Shown here: piece by piece, positions 49,932 through 59,899 of the stretch
Layout: each line of letters starts with the position of its first letter
Numbering within the stretch: the stretch's first letter is position 1
NCBI GenBank assembly: GCA_016839805.1
Contig: JAEOTO010000007.1
Location: forward strand, 21,171 to 85,170
Source of the DNA: Candidatus Hermodarchaeota archaeon
GTDB taxonomy: Archaea; Asgardarchaeota; Hermodarchaeia; Hermodarchaeales; Hermodarchaeaceae
Direction: 5' to 3'
DNA: 64,000 nt
Translations under genes and position numbers: made by a program
The notes under the pieces: generated by a model
Databases searched by the model: none
Told to the model about the DNA's origin: nothing
What the model saw: the letters and a program-made list of their open reading frames with translations, nothing else

Positions 49932-50786
49932 TTAAGGGACAAAGGGGATTCTAAAGGGAAACACCACAAAGAAGGGGTATAACCCTAACAAATGAATGAC
50001 GAAAATAGTGAAGAATGCGACCACCGGTATCAAGACAACTTGGCTGTTTCGTGGACTTAATAGTTCAACAATTGTAGTAATTCCAGTTACGATGAAAATG
50101 GGAACGATGAGTGTAATAATGTTAAACGAGTTGTAGACTTGTCCAATGAATATCCAATAGATACCAAGCAAGCCAAAGGTAAAGATGAGGCTGAAGGTGA
50201 ACATAGAAAGGCTTCCTTCTATGCTCTTTTCAGTGAACACTTTGAACTTGTGTGTTCCGTATCGGTGGTGGATGAGGCTGGCAAAGTTAGCACCACCTGT
50301 TAATGGACCAAAGATGAGAAGAGCTGTGGGAATGAACAAACTGTAAATTGGAGCAGCTACCGAATTGAGTGGAACATACCAAAGATAGAGAGCAGCAAAT
50401 CCCATTAAGATGGCATAAAAGAGAGGTACTTTCATCAATCCTCTGGAGGTGCCATCGGGGGATATGGTTTGTTTGAACTCCTCGCCTTTAATCGTATCAG
50501 CGGCAACTAGAATATAGAGTAGGATAAGCAGACCTGGTAGAGCCGCGACCATATAACGGCTATAAAATCCCCCTGCAAAAAGTAACCAGCAGATTACAAA
50601 GATGGGTCCAAAAAACATCATGAAGAGCTTACTAGGCATGTAATCGGGTAGGCTTTCGCGTTTGCGAAACAGACCTATAATTCGAATTAGTATAATGGTA
50701 AAGAGGATTGTTATGACTAAAGCTAACGTGTCCCAGATCCAGTCAGGGACGCCTAAACCAGCCAATGGGTTTACGATTATTGCCAC
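49932..50786 (-). CDS. Phytol/dolichol kinase-family (CTP-dependent) membrane protein with degenerate motifs
   Basis: KSIEGS retained. GANFASLIHHRYG replaces GDGxAxxxG and NSQ replaces the DN motif. Confidence 0.75.
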   Translation of the reverse strand: MAIIVNPLAGLGVPDWIWDTLALVITILFTIILIRIIGLFRKRESLPDYMPSKLFMMFFGPIFVICWLLFAGGFYSRYMVAALPGLLILLYILVAADTIKGEEFKQTISPDGTSRGLMKVPLFYAILMGFAALYLWYVPLNSVAAPIYSLFIPTALLIFGPLTGGANFASLIHHRYGTHKFKVFTEKSIEGSLSMFTFSLIFTFGLLGIYWIFIGQVYNSFNIITLIVPIFIVTGITTIVELLSPRNSQVVLIPVVAFFTIFVIHLLGLYPFFVVFPFRIPFVP

Positions 50787-50845
50787 CTCTCAAATCAGTA
50801 CTCGGAAGAGTGAATCGTCTTCGTTGTTCCTGTATAAAAAGGAAA

Positions 50846-51400
50846 TTAATGCGGTGAAATATCTACTAACAGTTTCTGAGCAATATCATTGAATAGCTGG
50901 TTCACATTTGAACCAGATTTAGCCGAAGTTTCGATGTAGAAGAGCATTCGAAATTCATCAATTATTCGCTTCACAGCATCAGGATCCACTTGTCGCTCAT
51001 TAACTAAATCCGCTTTATTTCCGACCAAAACTAGTGGAATATTGGGAGTCGATGCATAGATTTCATTTATCCAAGAAGAAATATTATCCAAACTATTTGG
51101 TCGCGTTAAATCGAACACGAGAATCGCGCAATCAGTACCACTCATGAATTGAGTACGCACCTGTCGAAAATCAGTTTGACCTGACATATCCCAGATTTGT
51201 AGTTGCACTTCATGGAGTTCGAAGCGTAATTGCTGAGATGTGATATCCACGCCAATACTAGCCTTGTAATCTTCTGAAAAAGAATCTGACACATATCTGC
51301 GAATAATACATGTCTTCCCAACGGCATAATCGCCCATCAATATGACTTTGAAGATGAACCGTTGCGGAGAGGAGGCAGCAGCCAAGAGAAGTAACTCCAA
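50846..51400 (-). CDS. Rab-like small GTPase
   Basis: FKVILMGDYAVGKT, WDMSGQ, NKAD and ETSAK motifs; no C-terminal Cys. Confidence 0.93.
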   Translation of the reverse strand: MELLLLAAASSPQRFIFKVILMGDYAVGKTCIIRRYVSDSFSEDYKASIGVDITSQQLRFELHEVQLQIWDMSGQTDFRQVRTQFMSGTDCAILVFDLTRPNSLDNISSWINEIYASTPNIPLVLVGNKADLVNERQVDPDAVKRIIDEFRMLFYIETSAKSGSNVNQLFNDIAQKLLVDISPH

Positions 51401-51605
51401 TGATCTATCTTGTGAGAGCTATGATTCTGGATATATAGTTGCTTAATCCGATCCAATCTCTCATCCAGGAATAGCTATAGATATTCACTCTAAAATAGAT
51501 AAGAATATTTGTGTTTCGTTGCTTAGCTATCGTATTGGCTAAGGAACCCCTAAATCTCCTTGTACGGTCACTACAGCTAAATATCAGCCATACTAAGCGA
51601 ACTAC

Positions 51606-52817
51606 ATGTCTCGCATAACTGTTCTAGGGGGATGTGGCGCAGTGGGAAGTGAGGCCGTTCGTAAGTTAACTGACCTTCCTGACTTTGATGAAATCATTAT
51701 TGCTGATATCAATACTGAAACTGCAATGAAGCTAGCTGGTGAACTTGGGAATACCTGCACAGCATGCGAAGTTGATGCGTTAAATTCAGAAAGTATTAGT
51801 CAGGTTATTGATGGATCTGATGTGGTCCTCAATTGTGTTGGACCTTTCTACCGATATGGCCCACCGATACTCAAAGCTGTGATTGACTCAGGAATCAATT
51901 ATGTTGATATTTGTGACGATGTAGAACCCACACTCGAACTCCTCAATATGCATGCTACAGCAAAAAAAGCGAAGTTATCAGCTCTCATTGGCATGGGAAG
52001 TTCTCCAGGAGTTACTAATATCCTAGCAAAATTTGCTGCAGAACAGCTTCTAGAAAGTGTTGAAGCCATTGATATTTACCATGCACACGGTGGTGAACCC
52101 ACCGAAGGTGCAGCTGTAATAGCGCATCGTATCCATGCCATGACCTCTGATATTCCCATGTATCTTGAAGGCAAATTACATACAATTCGATTCTTCGATG
52201 ATATGGGGTTAGCTTTACGTGAAGAAGTTGATTTCCATCAAATTGGAAAACATCTCGTCTACCCCTATCCCCACCCTGAAACCATAACTTTGCATAAATA
52301 CATCGATTGTAAACGTGTAACCAATAAGGGAACTGTACTTCCCAATGAATATTTTCAGTTTATCATCGACTTGGTTAAGCTGGGTATCACCGATGAAGAT
52401 GCTATAGAGGTAAAAGGGCAACCAATATCCCCACGTGATTTCATTATCGCATATATTATTAGAGAACGAGAACGCTTTCTTCAGAAAACGAATTTTGGAG
52501 TACAAAGAGGATGCCTGAAAACTGTTGTCTCAGGGACAAAGCAGGGAAAACGTCACCAATATGTGTTCTCTATGTCTTCAATTGGTCGGGCGATGGGAGA
52601 AGGAACGGGTATACCAGCAGCGATTGGAGCTACTTTGATGCAACGTGGGAAAATTAGGATGAAAGGTGTATTTCCACCCGAGGCGTCTGTTAAGCCCATG
52701 GATTTCCTAGCCGTATTTCAGGAATCAGAAAAACTTGATGCAGTAACCGGAAAGGATTCACCACTTTTAGTTGAATCCATTGATGCAAAGGGAAAAGTAA
52801 AACAACTATCATTCTAA
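51606..52817 (+). CDS. Saccharopine dehydrogenase-like oxidoreductase
   Basis: GGCGAVG, NCVGPF, NYVDI, GSSPG, HPETITL and GVFPPE motifs. Confidence 0.88.
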   Translation: MSRITVLGGCGAVGSEAVRKLTDLPDFDEIIIADINTETAMKLAGELGNTCTACEVDALNSESISQVIDGSDVVLNCVGPFYRYGPPILKAVIDSGINYVDICDDVEPTLELLNMHATAKKAKLSALIGMGSSPGVTNILAKFAAEQLLESVEAIDIYHAHGGEPTEGAAVIAHRIHAMTSDIPMYLEGKLHTIRFFDDMGLALREEVDFHQIGKHLVYPYPHPETITLHKYIDCKRVTNKGTVLPNEYFQFIIDLVKLGITDEDAIEVKGQPISPRDFIIAYIIRERERFLQKTNFGVQRGCLKTVVSGTKQGKRHQYVFSMSSIGRAMGEGTGIPAAIGATLMQRGKIRMKGVFPPEASVKPMDFLAVFQESEKLDAVTGKDSPLLVESIDAKGKVKQLSF

Positions 52818-52856
52818 CTTCTAGTATAATTCACTCCCGAAGCCTATTTCAGAACC

Positions 52857-54482
52857 ATGCAACCCAATAACAATATTTCACATCATAAGGAGGCAAGCAC
52901 GATAAGCCCAGTAAGGAGTCAAGATGAATATATTCTAGCTATAGACCATGGCACTTCCGCCATGAAACCTGCAATTGTATCAACTCATGGTGAAGTTCTT
53001 GGTTGGACCTGTGAAAAGACTCCGCTCTATCTTCATCCAGGTGGAGGAGCTGAGCAAGATCCAGATGAATGGTGGCAAGCGTTTCTAACCGCTGCGAAGA
53101 ACTTGATTGATCAAGACCTTGTTCCTGTAGAAAAAATTGTAGCTGTCTGTAATACAAGCCAATGGTCAGGTACTGTTGCCGTTGATGAGACTGGCCAACA
53201 CCTCATGAATGCTGTGATCTGGATGGATTCCCGTGGCGAACCCTATATCCGAAAAAAGCTTCAAGGACTCATTAACATCCAGGGCTATTCTTTGTTCAAC
53301 TTGTTAAGATGGTTAAGAAAAACCGCTGGAATACCTACAAAGAGCGGAAAAGACCCAATAGCACACATTCTCTACATCCAAAACGAACATCCAGACATCT
53401 ATGATCAAACTCACATGTTTCTTGAACCAACTGACTACATTAACTTCAGATTAACTGGTGAATACGCTTCTTCTCCCTCTTCGATGATGCTCCATTGGGT
53501 GACTAACATCCGTGATATCAATAATATCCGATATGATGATGATCTAATCAAACGTCTGGGGATTCATAAGGATAAACTGCCAATCCTAAAACAATCGATT
53601 GACGTATTAGGTACAATCCAGTCTGATGTCGCTTCAGCCATTGGTCTCCAAGAAGATGTGAAAGTGTTTGTAAGTACATCAGATATTCCTTCAGCGGTTA
53701 TTGGGTCAGGAGCTGTTCGAGATTTTGAAGGACACATCTATATCGGCACGAGTAGCTGGTTAACTTGTCATGTGCCTTACAAGAAAACCGATATCGATAG
53801 TAACATCGCATCTTTACCCTCGGCAATTCCTGGTCGCTATTTCATTGCGAATGAACAAGAAACAGCGGGTGCCTGCTTAACCTACCTCCGCGATCAAGTC
53901 TTTTATCCAGACGATGAAACTAAATGCGGAAACCAAGCTGTCTACCAAGAATTTGACCGTATTGCTGAAGAAGCACCCGCAGGAAGCAATAATATCATCT
54001 TTACTCCCTGGCTGTACGGAGAACGGACTCCCGTAGAAGACCATACCCTTCGAGGTGCCTTCTTTAACCTATCCTTAGATAGTGAAAAACGCCATCTTAT
54101 CCGTGCAGTCTTCGAAGGCGTAGCCTATAACAGCCGTTGGGTTCTCAATGCTATCGAAAAATTCATTAAAGGACCACTTGACAAACTCAATATCATCGGA
54201 GGGGGAGCACAATCCGACATTTGGTGTCAAATCTATGCGGATATATTAAACCGCAACATCCACCAAGTTCATGATCCCCTTCAGGCGAATGCACGAGGGG
54301 CTGCATTCATTGCCAGTGTTGGCCTGGGTCATATTACCTTTGAGGAGATTCCAAATCTGATTAAAATTTCAAAGGTCTATAAACCAAATCCTGAACATCG
54401 AGCACTCTATGACTCGCTCTTTGATGAATATATTGGCATTTACAAGACGAATAGGGCATTTTATAGACGTATCAACGACTAG
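52857..54482 (+). CDS. FGGY-family carbohydrate kinase (xylulokinase-like)
   Basis: IDHGTS, EQDPDEWW, WMDSR, GTSSW, GERTP, EGVA and GGGAQS motifs. Confidence 0.9.
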   Translation: MQPNNNISHHKEASTISPVRSQDEYILAIDHGTSAMKPAIVSTHGEVLGWTCEKTPLYLHPGGGAEQDPDEWWQAFLTAAKNLIDQDLVPVEKIVAVCNTSQWSGTVAVDETGQHLMNAVIWMDSRGEPYIRKKLQGLINIQGYSLFNLLRWLRKTAGIPTKSGKDPIAHILYIQNEHPDIYDQTHMFLEPTDYINFRLTGEYASSPSSMMLHWVTNIRDINNIRYDDDLIKRLGIHKDKLPILKQSIDVLGTIQSDVASAIGLQEDVKVFVSTSDIPSAVIGSGAVRDFEGHIYIGTSSWLTCHVPYKKTDIDSNIASLPSAIPGRYFIANEQETAGACLTYLRDQVFYPDDETKCGNQAVYQEFDRIAEEAPAGSNNIIFTPWLYGERTPVEDHTLRGAFFNLSLDSEKRHLIRAVFEGVAYNSRWVLNAIEKFIKGPLDKLNIIGGGAQSDIWCQIYADILNRNIHQVHDPLQANARGAAFIASVGLGHITFEEIPNLIKISKVYKPNPEHRALYDSLFDEYIGIYKTNRAFYRRIND

Positions 54483-54505
54483 GATTTGGAATCATTGATA
54501 GGGAC

Positions 54506-54910
54506 TCATTTTTTCTTCGGAAGTGCATCTAGCCACTTAGACCTATCAAAATATACTTCATTCCGAGTGATTTTTCCATCATCCACTTCCACGATATCCA
54601 TACCATACAAAACGATCTTCTTTTTACCAACCGGGATGACTGCCCTCCACTTCCCAGTAAACCCCCGTAAGGTTGGAAATACCTCGACAACTTCCCACAC
54701 CCAATTCGGATTGGCTGCAAGAAGCTTTGTGAAATATTCCCTCAGCTGATCATGACCCTGAATTCCTTCTGGATTAGCAGGATCGAGGTAGAAGGCATTT
54801 TCTGCATAAAACCTTAGCAATTTTTCAGGTTCATTCCCTGTCCAGGCAGGTAACCATTTACGGCAAAACTCAAGAATATAAGCCTCTTCAGACATTGCAC
54901 ATCCCTTCAT
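54506..54910 (-). CDS. SnoaL-like/NTF2-fold protein
   Basis: W..AW..FYAENAFYLDP..GHDQLREY..GKITRNEVYFD. Confidence 0.85.
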   Translation of the reverse strand: MKGCAMSEEAYILEFCRKWLPAWTGNEPEKLLRFYAENAFYLDPANPEGIQGHDQLREYFTKLLAANPNWVWEVVEVFPTLRGFTGKWRAVIPVGKKKIVLYGMDIVEVDDGKITRNEVYFDRSKWLDALPKKK

Positions 54911-55124
54911 CCATTATCAATGGGGTTTAATTATTTAATCGTTCATTCTGAATGCCCTTTGTAAAAATCAATTCGTTATAATTATAAAAAACTAACTTGC
55001 TATCAAAGCCAAAATTTTTTTCTTTACTGGGCAAAATCAGTAAATAGTGAACATTGAAAAATAGCTTCTCGAAGTCCTGAATCTAAATAATCTCATTTGT
55101 GATGCAAGACAACTGATAAATAAT

Positions 55125-57971
55125 TTGAAACGAAAACAATTACTGGGATATATTAGACGAGTTGGGGAAACATTGCAAAAAGGCTTAGTACTTTGGAGCA
55201 TTGTCTTTATTCTATTGACGGTAGGATTCATTCCAGTTACAGTCGTACAGGATATGAATCCCGCGCCATTGCAAACGACTATTCCGTCGTATTCAGGTTC
55301 AGGTACTAGCTTTGATGTATTTGAATTCACTCAAAACGAAAGTCAAACCATTACTAATGGCCGTAATGATACTTCATTTACCTATCTGTCTAATTGGTTT
55401 CCACCAAACTATTTTGGATACCGACTTCTCGCCGATATTAGTAATCTTAAGAAAACAGTAAACCCGGTAAGCAATGGTGATTTTGAAAAATATCCTGAGG
55501 TTGGAAATAATTGGACATTAACCCATCCTGATCCAGCAGTTATCAGTTCGGCAACCAATACTTCAGGGGGTAATCCAGGATCTTGTCTAGAAGTTAAGCT
55601 TCTAAACGATCGATTGCCATCTACGGGAATATCCCAAATTAATAATAACTTTGAATACACATCTGAATTGTTACCTGATTCTCTTTCAGTATCCTTTGAT
55701 ATTCGATTTTCAAGTAATATTACCAAAGCAAGTTGGCTACAAGTAAGCGTGCTTATTTTAGATGACAATGGAAATCCCAAAGGTCTGTGGGTCCAATCTA
55801 CTTCTACCTTTTTCAACACGTCATGGACCCATGTCAGTTTCTTAACATTTTTTATTAATGGATCAACAACCCTCAGGATATCTGTTGAAAAAAATGATGG
55901 ATCTAATCTTCGCGTTGATGGACTCATCTATTTTGATAATTTTGAGTATTTAATCGGTTCAGATACAACACCAAGCGAAGTTGAATTAACTCTCAATGAA
56001 ACCAGTGTAGTGAATACGTTTGGTTCGAATGGTGAAGTTAACATTTACGCGGATTCTATTCTAAAGGAAGAAATCAGCATTTCAAATGCTTGGAATGCGA
56101 CACAGGTCTTTTCATTCAATTCTACTGTATCGATTACCTTCGATTATCAATATATTATGTATATAAAATCTGTAGCTGCTGAATCTGCATCATCTTGGTT
56201 TAATGTGCAAATAAATACGGATCCAAATTGGATAATCAATTATACTGTTTCACCAGGACACATTCCACCAGGATATCAAGGTTACCAATTCGGACTCTAC
56301 CTCCCTGAAGAATGGGTTTTATCATTGATTCGCAATGAAATCGGAAATATAATTACGAGTTATCACTACAACTCTACGACCCAATTTCTTATAATAGAAG
56401 ATCCCTTGACTATACCAGGCGACACCTTTTCAATTCATTCCTCAAGTCTAAATTATGTCTCTGAAATATACATTCAGAAAAGTTCTACTACAATAGGTCC
56501 ATGGTCCAATATATCTTCAGATGACTATTTCATCATTGGAGAGTACCTCCGTGTATATGGCGTAATTACAGACCTAAGCAGTTTGGATAATAATGGAAAC
56601 GTTTCAATTATGTTACCCAACGGAACGTTGTGTCACAGTGATACATCTATTTCATTTAATTCAACGACTAATACGATGACCAGTACAGCATGGATGGTGG
56701 AATCCTTATGCGAACCCTTTGCAGGTGAATCTTGTTTCGTCCTCGTGAGCTATGATTCGACAAACCAATGTGGATTTCGATCTCATCCCTTTCTAACGAT
56801 GAACCAAGCGAAGGCGACTTTGAATTCACCTGTGCCAGACTCCATAATAGGTTGGGAAGGCCTAACAATCAATGTTACTTGGCAAAATTCACTAACAGAC
56901 AATTATATCTCGGATGCCATTGTGATATTACGCTATACTGATGAATTTAACCAAATCCAATTTATTGAAATGTCTTCAAATGGATATGGCTCATACTCTA
57001 TCCGATTATCCACACACAATTTTAATCCCGCTTCTTTGCTGACTTTTAATATTGAATTTTTAAATAGGGGTTATGTAAATGCAACCTATGCCGCAGGAAC
57101 ATCCTTAGATTTCACTATTACGGTGAATACAGGAGTTCCACCTGTGGTTTTTGGTATTCCAACAGTTTTTCTCTTACTCGCTTTACTATTGATTTTACTT
57201 ATTGGATCAATTGGATTAGCCTACCGAGTCTATGACCGAAGAATAATTATTCCACGCCAGATTGCCCATCAAAAAATGCTCCAACAAGTTCTCGATATGT
57301 TCAACGATGTAACTAATTTATCACGTATCCTTGTGCTTCATCGTGATAGTGGAATAGCAATTTTTGATCCCTTCCAAGAAAAAGGAATGGATGCATCGAT
57401 AATGGGTGGTTTTCTCTCAGCAATACAGGCATTCGCTATTGATGTAGCGAACGGAGCAGAAGATGAAGAATTAAAAATGAGAACACGCCTTTCAGAGATT
57501 ACCTATGAAGGGTTCCGCGTAATCATCCATGATGGTCAATTAGTCCGAACAGTACTTGTTTACAAGGGAACACCTAGTGAAACATTGAAAGAAAGTATTA
57601 ACACATTTACAATAAGATTTGAGGACCGATACCATGATGTTATAGAAAAGAAAGGAAATCAACCAGGATTATACAGCGAAGCTACAGATCTAGTTGAAGA
57701 CATTTTCCATGTGTCCTTGCTTTTTCCGCATACTGTCGAAGCCAAAGTTGCGAATATAAAGCTCACAGATCTAGAAAGCCGATTACACTACATTGCCCTA
57801 GACCTTACGAAGAACCGAGAATATCTATACCTCCAAGAAATTGTGCGTTCATATTTAGAAACCACACAGAAGAATCCACTTGAGCTTCTCAATGCAATCA
57901 GTCAATTACGCGAAAAACATCTCCTAGTACCAACAGATTTTTTCAATCTAGCGAATTCTTCTTCGAACTAA
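55125..57971 (+). CDS. Single-pass membrane protein: large ectodomain plus cytoplasmic longin/roadblock-like and winged-helix-like domains
   Basis: Signal region, NxS/T-rich ectodomain, TM at about 57145-57225, then ILVLHRDSGIAIF..MDASIMGGFLSAIQAF..EITYEGF. Confidence 0.75.
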   Translation: MKRKQLLGYIRRVGETLQKGLVLWSIVFILLTVGFIPVTVVQDMNPAPLQTTIPSYSGSGTSFDVFEFTQNESQTITNGRNDTSFTYLSNWFPPNYFGYRLLADISNLKKTVNPVSNGDFEKYPEVGNNWTLTHPDPAVISSATNTSGGNPGSCLEVKLLNDRLPSTGISQINNNFEYTSELLPDSLSVSFDIRFSSNITKASWLQVSVLILDDNGNPKGLWVQSTSTFFNTSWTHVSFLTFFINGSTTLRISVEKNDGSNLRVDGLIYFDNFEYLIGSDTTPSEVELTLNETSVVNTFGSNGEVNIYADSILKEEISISNAWNATQVFSFNSTVSITFDYQYIMYIKSVAAESASSWFNVQINTDPNWIINYTVSPGHIPPGYQGYQFGLYLPEEWVLSLIRNEIGNIITSYHYNSTTQFLIIEDPLTIPGDTFSIHSSSLNYVSEIYIQKSSTTIGPWSNISSDDYFIIGEYLRVYGVITDLSSLDNNGNVSIMLPNGTLCHSDTSISFNSTTNTMTSTAWMVESLCEPFAGESCFVLVSYDSTNQCGFRSHPFLTMNQAKATLNSPVPDSIIGWEGLTINVTWQNSLTDNYISDAIVILRYTDEFNQIQFIEMSSNGYGSYSIRLSTHNFNPASLLTFNIEFLNRGYVNATYAAGTSLDFTITVNTGVPPVVFGIPTVFLLLALLLILLIGSIGLAYRVYDRRIIIPRQIAHQKMLQQVLDMFNDVTNLSRILVLHRDSGIAIFDPFQEKGMDASIMGGFLSAIQAFAIDVANGAEDEELKMRTRLSEITYEGFRVIIHDGQLVRTVLVYKGTPSETLKESINTFTIRFEDRYHDVIEKKGNQPGLYSEATDLVEDIFHVSLLFPHTVEAKVANIKLTDLESRLHYIALDLTKNREYLYLQEIVRSYLETTQKNPLELLNAISQLREKHLLVPTDFFNLANSSSN

Positions 57972-58010
57972 CTTAACTCTTACAAATGACAATTAATTTG
58001 GGTTCGATGG

Positions 58011-59735
58011 TTATTCTTCTACAGGTCGTCGTAGATACCAAATAGCAAATACCATGACAAGTACGATGACGATTACTCCAATGAGTATGACAATCGGAAG
58101 AGTTGATGGAATGAAGGTAATTGAAAGCTCGAATTTACCAGAGATAGTTGCTGGAAGCTGTGAACTCCGACCAGCTGCATCGGAAGCCGTAAACCAGTAA
58201 GAGATAGTTTCACCAGTTACAAAGGTTACTGGTATGGTAAATTGATAGATGTCATCGGAGACTTTGTTCATTAAAACAACGTGTTCTGGTCCTCCTTCCA
58301 CATGAAATGTCAATTCCACCCGGTCAACGAAATCATCATCTGTAACGTTAACAGATAGAGTGATCGGAGTATCAGTCGACGCAAAACCTGGAGGAGTGTG
58401 AGAAATCAGTGGATTAGCCATATCTTGTTTGGCAAAGAAAATATCTTGATCAGTGATTTTACGTCCATCAGTCCAGACTATATAGAGCTTTCCAGTGGGT
58501 CCTGTCCGGAGAGTAAAATAATCACCAGGGCGAGTGAAGGTAAGTGGAAATCCCTCACTAGTGATTTTGACATTCTCGCTGAAAGTGGCTCCACCATCGG
58601 TCGATTGACTATAATAGATGTCCCATTCATCATTTCTTGCATCAAGCCAGGCAACATGGACAGTATCTTCAGCATCAATGTGCATTTCGACCATGCGTTG
58701 CATTCCTGTGCTAACATCGTTAACCTGTACAGGTATAGACCAACTATTTCCTCCATCAGTAGATTTTGTCACATAGACTTCCCGGTTTGCTGCAGATCCT
58801 GCTGCAAAGCAAATATACACATTGTGATTACTGTCAGTCGCACAAACTGTGATTAATGCAATGTCCTGGTATCCCCAAGTATTGACTTGTATTGGTGCTG
58901 TCCAGCTATTCCCAAAATCAACAGATTTTGTGATGTAAATCCTATCAGGAGCACTTTGAAAGTAATCCCAAGTTGTCGCGTAAAGTGTTCCGTTTGGTGT
59001 ACAAGTAATGTAGGGTATTCCTCCACGATCCTCCCATTCACCAAGAGCTAATGTTGGTTCAAATGAAGCCCCGCCATTAGTTGATTTGGTGAAAACAAGA
59101 CGTGCGTTGGAATCCGTGTAGAAATGGTCCCACATCATATAGAGATTTCCAGCAGCATCTACGCACATGGTTTCCTTGTCATCAAAACCGGTTGTGTCAC
59201 TGGCCTGGGTCGGAGATTGCCAAGTAACTCCACCATCGGTGGTTTTTGCCACTCCCATCCCTTCACCAGCTTCATATTCTAAGAAAACGAAATATGCGTT
59301 ATCTGCAGTATCTGATACAAGCCATGGATCTGATTGCGCTCCACCTGGAGCGATAGGTTCCATGAGAATGTTAGGACTGAAGGTGTGTCCTTCATCCGTA
59401 GTATAACAGAATCCAACTCGAAGTCCAGGCCCCGCATGAGTATCGGCTTCTTTCCAGCCAACTAATATGCGACCTGTACTGAGCACGGTAAGTGTTGGCT
59501 CCACTTGTTCCGGATATGGTGAACTTCCGTCTATTACATCGATATTTAATCCGAATTTTACATCATCAGCGTGGAGGGGGGCTTGAAATGACACTTTGTC
59601 TGATGAAAAATCAGATACTCTGAAATGAAAGGACATAAGGGAAATTGGAAAAATCAGACTTTGTGAACCCAGCAAAAAAACACAAAGAAGAATGAGTGAA
59701 CCTGATTTTCGCATTGTAAACACCCTAAGGTACAT
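58011..59735 (-). CDS. Membrane-anchored sialidase-like (BNR/Asp-box) beta-propeller protein
   Basis: Repeated S/T-x-D-G-G-x-T/S-W/F Asp boxes, signal peptide and C-terminal TM. Confidence 0.85.
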   Translation of the reverse strand: MYLRVFTMRKSGSLILLCVFLLGSQSLIFPISLMSFHFRVSDFSSDKVSFQAPLHADDVKFGLNIDVIDGSSPYPEQVEPTLTVLSTGRILVGWKEADTHAGPGLRVGFCYTTDEGHTFSPNILMEPIAPGGAQSDPWLVSDTADNAYFVFLEYEAGEGMGVAKTTDGGVTWQSPTQASDTTGFDDKETMCVDAAGNLYMMWDHFYTDSNARLVFTKSTNGGASFEPTLALGEWEDRGGIPYITCTPNGTLYATTWDYFQSAPDRIYITKSVDFGNSWTAPIQVNTWGYQDIALITVCATDSNHNVYICFAAGSAANREVYVTKSTDGGNSWSIPVQVNDVSTGMQRMVEMHIDAEDTVHVAWLDARNDEWDIYYSQSTDGGATFSENVKITSEGFPLTFTRPGDYFTLRTGPTGKLYIVWTDGRKITDQDIFFAKQDMANPLISHTPPGFASTDTPITLSVNVTDDDFVDRVELTFHVEGGPEHVVLMNKVSDDIYQFTIPVTFVTGETISYWFTASDAAGRSSQLPATISGKFELSITFIPSTLPIVILIGVIVIVLVMVFAIWYLRRPVEE

Positions 59736-59899
59736 TCCATGTCGGAATTTCTGGTTAAAAACGTCGTTAATACGGCACCGAGTCTAAGCTGAAATTTATT
59801 CGGGATTTTTCGCTGGTTCCTAACACTTATGTAAACTAGCTCACTGTGCAAACTCCTTCACCCGCCAATGTTCAGAAGGAACAACTAGGTGAATCCGCA

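Noticed and set aside
59589-59597. TGACACTTT match to the repeat right arm
   Set aside because: It lies inside a CDS and lacks both the ATT core and the left arm; a chance match.
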